Shown: piece after piece, positions 12,509 to 22,368 of the stretch | Layout of the letters: the number at the start of each line of letters is the position of its first letter | How positions within the stretch are numbered: the stretch's first letter is position 1 | Assembly (NCBI GenBank): GCA_010356995.1 | Contig: ML996687.1 | Location: forward strand, 1,737,803-1,801,802 | Reading direction: 5' to 3' | From: Trichodelitschia bisporula | Lineage: Eukaryota | Length of the DNA stretch: 64,000 nt | Made by a program: the position numbers and the translations under genes | Notes under the pieces: model-generated | Told to the model about the DNA's origin: nothing | The model's input: the letters and a program-made list of their open reading frames with translations, nothing else | The model's database searches: none

Positions 12509-12592
12509 GGCGTCCATCCGGACGGAGTCCTTCGGTCTAATCCCACATTTAAACTCAGTCTTCCTCCCCGCCTAGCAAAACCACCACCCACC

Positions 12593-13724
12593 ATGGCACC
12601 CAGCAACTACCCCCGCATCGATACCCACTCCCACATCCTCCCCGACTTCTACCGCTCCGCCCTCGCAGAAACAGGCCACAGCCAACCCGATGGCATGCCC
12701 GCGGTCCCCGTATGCCCTCCCCCACTCCCTACAAACCCCCTCACTAACACCCAATCAGCCCTGGTCCGAATCCGAGCACCTCGCTATGATGAACAACCTC
12801 AACATAGCCTACTCCATCGTCTCCATCTCCTCCCCGGGCATCCGCCTCACTCCCTCCCGAGAAGCAACCATATCCCTCTGCCGGCGCGTCAACGCCTTCG
12901 CCGCCGACCTAAAGCGCCGCCACCCGAGCCGGTTCGGCTTCTTCGCCTCCCTGCCCTTGCCCGACGAAGACGCCGCGCTCGCGGAAGTAGAAACCGCCTT
13001 CGCAGAAGGCGCCGCCGGAGTCGTGCTCATGTCGAGCGTGGACGGCGTTTACGTCGGCGACCCGCAGTACAGCCGCCTCTGGGCCGCGCTGGACGCGCGC
13101 GCCGCGAAAGTATTCGTGCACCCGACAACACCTTGCCTATGTCTCGGGCCCCACGGGAGCGGAGGGTCGCCACAAATCGTCCCCTCCAACCCGCTATCCC
13201 CCTTCCTCCCAAGCCCCGCCCTCGAATTCCTCTTCGACACCGTGCGCTGGATAAGCACCGTCCTGCTCCGGAGCACACTCACCACGTACCCACACCTCAC
13301 CTTCCTCGCCCCACACGCCGGCGGCGCGCTCCCCCCGCTCCTAAGCCGGATCATCGGCTTCGCGAACATAGTCCCCGAGGCCGCATACCCTTTGATAACA
13401 AGTCGGCACAGCGAGAATGAGGCGGTCACCCTTTTGCAGACGCGTTTCTACTGGGATGTGGCGGGGTGGGCGTGGCCGCGGCAGTGGCGCATGCTAGTCG
13501 AAGGGCTGGAAGTGGGGAAGGAGCGTGTCTTGTATGGGAGTGATTACCCGTTTACGCGCGAGGAGTTTGTGGCTGATTTTGTGGGGGCTATGGATCAGGG
13601 GGTTGGGAATGAGAAGGAGGGATGGACGAAGGAGGAGGTTAGTGGGATGTGGGGGGGGAATGCGGCGAGGCTTTTTGGAGTTGAGAGTGTACTTGGGGGG
13701 GACGTGATGAGGTTCATGTCTTGA
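12593..13724 (+). CDS. Amidohydrolase_2 family metal-dependent decarboxylase/hydrolase (ACMSD / 6-methylsalicylate-decarboxylase-like)
   Basis: DTHSH, FVHPT, PHAGG and YGSDYPF motifs. Intron 12710-12758 (GTATGC..CTAAC..CAG) joins the two ORF-track frames. Confidence 0.88.
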
Positions 13725-14135
13725 GGCGAAGAGTGGAGTCTTCTTGGATGATGTCGTTGCGGGCGGCCCAAAGCTGGACTACGGCGTGGAAGAGGTCTCC
13801 CTAGGGCTTCGGAACTCGGTGTCGTGGTTACGCGGGTTTGATATCACGGACGTAATGGATTGCACGGGTTAAGGTCAATTCAACGTTTATCCGTCGCGAA
13901 GATGAGAACAATACAGCCTCCATCATGGAACACCTTCTCCAAAGCGTTTGCTCGCCCCTCACTTCAAAGGATGCGTCTGTACGTCACAGCTCCTACACCC
14001 ATCCGATGGTATCCATTTCGTTCCCAATAATGAACGCCAGCCTTCGCCAGTCCAGGCATGATATCGAAGCAAATACAACGCCGTCCGCTATGCCAGATGA
14101 CACCAGATCCCCGCGGCTAAATGCGACAATGTGCT

Positions 14136-16266
14136 TCACTTATCCAGCACCACTCCCATCCACCCCGCCGCCCCGTGGTCCACGTTCCGCCACTCGCCCA
14201 TCTCTACCCCGCGCTCCCAACCCATCATCACCATCAGCGCCCGGCAGCCAGCTGCACTGACAGCACAAACCACAGCGTCTCCTCTAGCTAGAACTGCGAG
14301 GTCGAGAAGATATGCACGACCGATCATCTCCCGCATACGCATGGCTGCTTCCGATGCCACCGGGGGTGGACTTGAAGCTTCAGCCTTGGCTTCCGCCTCA
14401 GCATTTGCTTCAGCTTCGGCCGCCGCCTTAGACTTGGAGTGGTCGTATACCAGCATCGAGGTGTACTCCTCCTTCAGCGGTTGATGTACTTCCGCATGCC
14501 TCTTCACCAATGAGCCTCCTTTGCCACCACCCTTAGGCTTTTCGACCTGAGCGTTCCAGCCTTTGCCTTCTCCATCTCTGCCCAGACCCCAAAAGACGTC
14601 CCGGAAGAAGCCTCCTTCCCAGCCGTGTACCTCGTCGATCCACTTGTTCTTCTTCGGGGAACCCCCAGATGATGCCTCGAGGACTCGCTTTGACGCCAGC
14701 ATGATCCGGTCCTGAGCTCGGATGGTCCGCGAAACTTCGGGCTCGGCATATACGTCCGGGTCATCCGATGCGAGTAGCACGCGAGAGACGGCAAATCCGG
14801 GCGCACCGTGCCGTGGATAGAGGCGAGAACTGGACAGAAGCGGGGATAGCGTACGCTTAGCGATGCGTTTGATGCTGTCGACAATTGGAGGAGACGGGTT
14901 CCGGCTCGTGTGCTCGTTTCCGTCATCCGCATCTCCATCTTCATGTCCCCCTTCAAACCGCTCGATAAGCACTTGTCTTGCTTCGTCCATGTATCTCGCC
15001 AGCGGTAGGTAGTCCTCGCGGTACTCCATCTCCCAAGGTCGCACATCACCCCTCCGCACATGCATGCCCACGACCAAGCCACCATGGTCTCTAACTTCGC
15101 TGACAAAACGAGCCGCTCGTTCCTCAACATAAACTGCGTCTCCGTTCGCGTCCGAGAGCTTGAAGAGCGCCTCATATCCAGCACGAGCAAGTGAGAAGAC
15201 ATGTCGCTGCTGCTGATTGACATTTGATCTGCGTGAGTCGACATATTCTTCTTCAAAAGCGGCGCCAAACGCCTGGTCAAAGGTAGCAGCTGAAATTACC
15301 AAGTGGGCAGCAGAACGCGGGCATGGAACGCGATGCGATGGCGGAGCCGGACGGCATGGAGGTTGAGGTGGGGGGGCGAAATAAGCGGTGTAGTTGCCAT
15401 ATGGCCTATAAAGAGTCAGCCCTATAGTACTGTGCTATAGCCCGCTCGACAAGGCTAAATTGAGACAGGAAAGTGTAGGTGCCACGAACTTACCACCTAG
15501 TGTCATCCACAAAGAAGGCTCGACCTTCCTTTCGCGCGAGCCCGTACGCCGTCCACAGACCCAGTAGCGTATTCCCCATCCCCGCATCTTTCGTTTCCAT
15601 GACATAGGTCAGACTTCTTTCGCACACAGCTTCGGCATTTTCTTCGTCTGTTTCGGGTGCTGATAACAAAAGTCCTCTCTGTTGAGCCTCCCCAACATCC
15701 ACATATCTCGGGTCCACGGCGTAGTATTCCCCTTTCCAAAAGGTGCCCGGTTTCGCACCAGCGCTAAGCTCCTCCGCCACATGCTCCGCCTGGAGGCACA
15801 GTTCGGCATACTGCGCCGGTCGTAGCGGAAATGGCAGGTGCTGGGGGATGTGTAAGGTCCACTTTTGCCTGCCTCGCTCGTCGTGGACGACCACAGCTGC
15901 GGGTTGACGGGGAAGGTCGTCCCCAGAGACCATCTCATACTCTCCACCTCCTGAAGTACGCAACTCATTGCCGAGGGATGAAAAGAGAGTTCGAAGGGCG
16001 AACCATACTAGGAAAACGAAAAGTGCAGTGGCGAGGAGGACGCGCCTGAGGAACTGAAATCGACTGAGAGTCTGCTTCTTTCCATGGCGATGGATCAGAG
16101 AAGGGAGACTGGGTGACAGAGGCGGAGACGGCACAAGGCCTCGCCGTGGGTTAAGGGTCGGCGAACCTGAAGTTGCGCTAGAAGTACTTGCGAGACTTGC
16201 GATACTAGAGGTGCTGGTGGTTGACGAAACCGAAAGGTTGGCCTGTCGGAAAGAGTGCTGCTTCAT
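14136..16266 (-). CDS. Uncharacterised type II membrane protein with fucosyltransferase-like (GT-B) motifs
   Basis: ATG 16266 and one N-proximal TM helix (VLLATALFVFLVWFAL). Motifs AGMGNTLL, VGMHVRRGD, LASDDP and DLAVL. Intron 15406-15493 (GTAAGT..CTGAC..TAG) is in frame. Confidence 0.8.
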
Positions 16267-17107
16267 GGCTAGCAGAAGCAAGCAAGGAGAAAGGATTAGA
16301 TCATGAGCGATTGAATGAACTAAAATCGAGAAATAAAATGGACGGTGAGCCTGCCAGTCCTATGGGAAAGTTTGAGACGTCGAGGAGGCTTTTAGTTAAA
16401 GCGCGTATATCAAGGGACTGGGGGAGAGGGGAGCTGAGCACGGCGACGAGGCAAGCCAGGTAGGAAAGAAACAACGGCCATGTAGCGGGGCCCAGGCCCA
16501 ATTAGTTGACGGCAGTCGTCTGTCGAAGCAAGGCGTCAATCGGAGAGAGAGGGAGAAGATGATAAAATGGAGGGGGTGACAGCATGCACTGCATCTGGCA
16601 CAGGCAGCGTCGGAGGTTAAAGCAAGGGAGTTTCGCGACACACGAGACAGGACGAGTGAACTTGAGGCGAAGAAGAAACAAAAGAGGAAGAGGGCCAAAG
16701 AAGAAGAGAATGAGTTTGAAAAGGCAAACGGGGGATTAAAAGGAGCTTGAAACAAGTCTGTTGGGTTCCTTTCTTAATGCCACTTTGAAGTGGGATTCAA
16801 GAGGAGATGGATGGCTTGATGCGGAAATTGACGATGATGGCAGAAGGAAGAGAGGAAGAGGAGAGAAGAAGATAAAAAGATTCGGAAGAGAAGACGAGAG
16901 GAGATGATGAGCAAGACGGGCACGAAGAGATCAACCCATCCCTTCAACCCCGCTCAAGTCCACCCAAACGCTCCCTCCCGCTTAGTTTCCGTCGTTCTTG
17001 CAGACACGGGCAGCTTATGGTGTGTGTGAGAGGGTGAAGCGACGACTCACAGCTTGCCTTGTTAGCTTTTCTCACCACCAAATCACCAATACTCTTGTTC
17101 ACGCTTT

Positions 17108-17190
17108 GTGATGACCTCAACGGGGTCTCCGACTGAGGAATGATCCTCTCTTACCATACGGAGCAGTACTCCCCCGTCTCTGATCATCAC
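17108..17190 (+). ncRNA. Candidate box C/D snoRNA-like or long-hairpin RNA
   Basis: C box GTGATGA 17108, D' CTGA 17133, C'-like ATGATCC 17140 and D CTGA 17180. Nested inverted repeats and a 13-nt antisense match to a conserved 25S rRNA segment. Confidence 0.3.
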
Positions 17191-19379
17191 GCTCATCCCT
17201 CCTTCAGATCTTCTTTCATCTACTCCGTAATCCTTCAAAAGCTCTCACGCTACCATTCCATCTCTTTCAAGCTCAGTCCTTCTCCTTGAATATCCCTTCC
17301 CCCTCTCCAATTAGAATACCTCTTCCCGAGGAATTCAAAGCCTCTCCTCTCGATCGACGCCGCCTACCCATCGCCTCAGTTAGCCGCAAGTTACAACCTG
17401 CCGGCACCCTTGCAAAGCAAAACTGGTGGGAGCCGAAAGCTGGACCATAGACTCATCACCAGAAAACCAAGGGGGTTCCACAACGTCGCAGTCTGAAACA
17501 CCCGAAGGCCACATTCGCGGGCTGATCCGCTGAGCAGCTTCCCGCCCCCAGAGGCCAATGCTAACCAACGAGAATAGTGGAAAGCCGCGACGAGTCTCCT
17601 GTGCTAGGGCGTCATAAGGTGGGTCCTGAAAATATGATGCGCCTCGGAAACTCGGGACAGAGAAGTGAAGCATCGCCTATTTCTTATTGTCGTCGCCATG
17701 CCCCTCCCCGCATTTGGGCTGCTCTTTGGAACGCCAGCTAGGGGGATTGCGAGGGCCGGGAACCAACGAGAGGCCGCCAAATGCGCCCCAATGACGTTGG
17801 GCTCCAAAGCCTCCCCAGCCGCGCCTTTGTGATCCCCACGACACTCGAAAGGAAGCCCCCGCGAGCAGTAAACACAGGTCTTGCCTTCAAGCCCCTCGAA
17901 GAAAGGAAAAACTCTACTCCAGTCTTCGCACGCCTCATATCGTTTCCACCTTCCAGTCCACGAGGTCGAAGCACAGACCAGCGCCATTAAAACGCCGGCC
18001 TGTACTGGTCTGGATCCCCGGATCTGTCGCAAGATGCGCCCCTGCGCCCCCATCGCGCCTTCACCACCCGGCGCCGGGATGCTCTCCGGAGGCTACATTG
18101 CCATGTTGCTAATTCGGATCTGCCCCATGACCCTGTCGTTGATGTGCAGGAGTGCATATGTAGGCCGAGATGCGACCCTTCCGAACCGCCGAACAACATC
18201 AAACTTCGGAGGGTGCTTCAGTGATCGCATTGTCGTGCGTTGTCTGACCCCCCCTTCGGTGTGGTAAGGGTGAGAACGACTTGCTGTCCGTTGCTCGCTC
18301 GCTCCGTGAGGCGACACGGTCCCATGGCAGCGAAGCTACACAAGCGTGTTGCTCCCTCGATGGAGTGCGCATAGGCCGCCTAAACCATCGTCGTGCGCAT
18401 CGTGCCCGTTTCCATTATACCCTCTCATCCACGGGTCCGAGGTCAGCGAATGGCGCAGCGCGCCCGGGAACCGTGGTGTGGTGGCTAGGCAACGCGGGAT
18501 TTGGAATGCCGAGAGATTTGAACATAGCAATAGTAGCACTAGTAATGCAGTCTACAACATCGTCCGCGGAGCAGGTCCCTATCGATAGAATATGGTACAG
18601 GATGCAGCAATCATACTTTCTCGTTCATAGGATCCCTAAACGCCTCCCCGCCCGTTCCCGTCACCAGAGCCTTACTGCGGTTGCAAACCCGGTTCAATTG
18701 CATCTAGACATCGAACTCGGTAGTCGTTCCCGCCTGCGTGCCTCCTTCAGCATGATGAGCGGTTGATTCCCCGGTCCCACCCACCCCTCACCGAAATTAC
18801 CCTCACTCGTCCCATCCAATGCGTATCCTACAGTACAACACTCTGCCCTTGCCCCTGCGAGGGCACAAGACCGGGTATCTCATATCTAAACAGGCCAAAA
18901 CGGGCAAACAAAACATGCAGCAAGCCCCAAGCACACGATGCATCAAACACAAGAACAAGAAGGTCGTAAGAAGGCACTCGAGGGGGAAGCAAACAAAACC
19001 CAAGGCAAACCCGGAAACCAAACCAGAAACCTAGAATGTGCCTCCTGCAGGGCAAGGATGTATGCTTGTGAAAACGGAGGGGCGTAATGTGGTTCGTCCA
19101 ACGAGGGCCCGGAGCCGAAATATAGCTGAGGCTGATGGTGGTGATCGTTTGCTGTCGCGTTCGGGAAATGGTCCCCTTTTTCTGAGCTGTCCGAATCTAC
19201 CCAGCTCCGCCGGTGCCGTCCGTCACGCGGATGACGGGAAACCACACCTCTAACCCAGGCGAGACACCGATATGACGAGATGAAAATCCCACTTCTCTTA
19301 TCCATACCGTAGGTTACCCCATCCCTCGTCGTCCCATGCCCACAGATATCCCCCGACGCTCAGGTAAAAACACTCCATC

Positions 19380-22368
19380 TCAATGATTCTCGCTAATCCG
19401 CACACTCGCCCTCTTTGCGCCCGGCCGGGGCACCGACACCGAAATCCCACTGTCGACCCTATTCTCCCCTCCATTAGCAACCCCATTCATCCCTCCATTC
19501 TGCACCCGCTCGGTGATCATCTCATCCAGCAAGCGCGTCATCTCATCCACACTCTTCCCCCTCTTCTCCGGACTCAGCACACCCGCCATAACCGGACTCA
19601 ACGGCTGACTCATCGAGGCCACGCGCGACGCCGTCCCTCCCAGCGCCGGACTCCCCCGGTTTAAGCTTCCGCTGCGCCGCGGTTCCAGCGGACTCGACGC
19701 CCCGGTATCGACAGTAAGATCCGCGACATCGCGCTTGCGGGCCGCGGACCGCAGTGCCGTAATCATCTTGTCCTTGTCGTCGAGGCGCGCGCGAAGATCC
19801 GCGATCTCCGCATCCTTCTCGCGGAGCATGTGCTCAGCGCCGCCTTCGTCAAGGGCTGCACGGGCAGCGAAGCTCATCGACACACGAGAGTGGCTCGAGC
19901 GGCGCGCTTGCAGGAGGCGCTTTTCGAGGGTTGAGATGTAGCGATTTTTGTCTGCGAGATCGGCTTGGAGGGCGCGGATTTGCACCTGCGCGGAGGCTGT
20001 GCCGTCGCCGTTTTCGCCGAGGGAATCTTCCTCCTCGCCGTCTCCGCTACCCGATTCGCCGTTCAGGAGGTCACCGGTGCCTGTGGGCGTGGTCCCGCCG
20101 CTTCCCATGCCGGACATTCGAAATGAGCGGGCTGAGCCGGAAGAAGCGCGATTGGCTTGAGGAGGCTCCAGCGTTGCCGTTGATGAGCGCGTGGACCGTG
20201 TTGTCGATTCTATCGTCGTGAGTACCGAGTTGCGTTGTATGCTGAGAGACGAAATGGAGCGGTTAGCATTGACGCCCAAGCTCTTCGAGCTCAGGATCAG
20301 GCGGTTAAGGTGCTCGATGCGCTCCTTGAGGGCCGTCCGTGCCAACTGCATCTCCAACATCTGCTCCTCGTGCCGCTGTTCTGCCTCAATTTCGCGTATC
20401 TTCTCTGCTTCCTCCGTCTTCGCTTGCTTCTGCGACTCAAGTTGCTTCCGCAGATCCTGAATTTCCACGCGGTACCGGTCAAGCAGCGCACGACTCCCCG
20501 CATCACCTGGGCCGCCGAAGGCTTCTTCCGCCTTTTTGGCGTGAGAGACAATGTTATTTTTGGCGCGCGAAGCAAACTTGAGTGTGTTGAGCGTTTCCAA
20601 CGTGTGGCTGCTGGCCGAAGCGACGCTCCCGGCAGAGCCGGTCTGAATCGTACAGAGGATACTGACAAGCGAGTTACCCGATAGCGCAGGTTGAAGCAAG
20701 CGCGTCAATTTGCTGTTTCTGTACGGGAGATGCTTGTCCTTGTCTGGGCCCTTCTCCTTGTCCTTGTCGAGGGACAGTTTTGAGATGACGGTGCCCAAGG
20801 TGAGTAGGGATTTGTTGATATGGGCTCCCTCGGTTCTCCGCTCCTTGCTCTCGGCTGCCCGCTCAGACCCCGCAAGATCGATCAGGCTGAGAGTAGACAC
20901 GCGGACACCTCCGGGTACCAGTCCCTGCCGTTTGCTTTCTGCAGCGTTGGCCGGCGCACGCTCTCTGCTTTCCACCACAATCTGGACGACAGCATGACTA
21001 CGAGAGCTACGAGCGTTGAACTGCGTCCCGGCTACTCTCCGCGCATTGTCACCCCGGGCAATGACGCGCAAAAGCTGCGTTGGAGATTGGACAATCTCTT
21101 CCTTGAGCGGGGAGGCATATACGCCGCGCTTGCTGTCTTCGCGGAGCTTGATCTCTTCTTGAGGGCCGACCTGTCCATTCGGTCCGACGGGTGTCGCTGA
21201 AAGGAGATCGTGAATCTTCTCATTGTAGATTTCGAGATATGATACTCGGAGGAGGAATTCGCGGTGAGGAGTTTCACGAATGAAGGAAAATATGTCGGTA
21301 ATCGCCAAGGGAATGACGCCAGGGGATGTTGCTGTGCCTTGCATGGAGAAGGTTTTGCCCGTTCCCGTCATGCCGTAGGCGAAGACCGTGCCATGATAGC
21401 CTTCCATAACTCGCCGTACAAGCCGTTTAGCCGCTGAATCGTAAACTTTTGCGTTGTTATCATGCACCGTGAAGACATTATCTAAGGATGTTAGCTGGAA
21501 CTGCATAACGAGTGTGCAACCTACCATAAACGTATTCACCCCCTTCCCGTCCCCGGTACGAAATAAGGCTCCTCCGTCCATCCACCATCCATTCCAGATC
21601 GTGCTTCGACGACTCGCTCGGGGCCGCCTCCGGTCTCACGCGGACGCTGACTATGACGTTTCCTTTCCCATCTTTGCCGGGTGAGCTTCCATCTGTACGT
21701 CCATCTGCTGTCCGCCCCCGAGATTCGTCGGTTTCCTCCATGTACGACCCTTGCGCGGAAGAGGACCTGCTCTGCGGAGGCGACGGCAAGTTCAAGAGTG
21801 AGACGACTCTCCCATCGCCTCCACCGTTCATGAGACTCGGAGTGGTGTTGTAAGATCGAATGGAGCTGACGCGGTTCGGAGGCCGAACGCTGGTGCGCCG
21901 CAAACTGCTCTCACGGGGTCCAATTTTGGGGGAAGTCGCGCCCTCGATCGGAGAAGCGACCGTCGAGGTCGAGCTCAGACTATGCGTACTCGCGCGTGCA
22001 CCTTTTGGAGGGTTGGGAAAAGAAGCTATGCTGATGGTTTTGCGCACCGCGCGCGCAGGATTCGCAGTATTATTTGCGCCTGCCGCCGACTTCGGAACAG
22101 TTGTTCCACTCAAGTTCGATGTGTGCGTTTTCTTCGCAGGCAGCGCAGAAGAAACAGCTCGTAGGTTCGACTCTCTCGACTCTCTGGGCCCAGGGAGAAA
22201 GGAGGTCCCTGATGCGCGCCGTGCGTCTCGAAGAGAGTCACGGATGCCTGTAGGAGTCGCGGGGGAGCTGAGGGAGCCTCTCCGGGTCTTCAGTACGGGT
22301 AGTGACGGCAGAGGGGTATTTGGCGGGCCAAGCGAAGGCCGTGAGGGTCGGGGGAGCGTGGTCGTCAT
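19380..22368 (-). CDS. kipA: Kinesin-7 family motor (KipA/Kip2-like) with long S/T/P-rich N-terminal extension
   Basis: VIVSVRVRP, GMTGTGKT P-loop, NARSSRSH, DLAGSE, HLPYRNSKLTRLLQ and C-terminal coiled coils. The 43-nt intron 21482-21524 joins the two ORFs. Confidence 0.92.

Noticed and set aside
16400..16920. GA-rich low-complexity tract and the Phe/Ser-rich ORF 16396-16755
   Set aside because: It is best explained as the pyrimidine-rich promoter/5'UTR of the minus-strand glycosyltransferase-like gene.
17657..17678. ACAGAGAAG..AGCAT.GCC, resembling the U6 snRNA core
   Set aside because: The flanks lack the U6 5' stem, internal stem-loop and U-tail, so this is likely chance.
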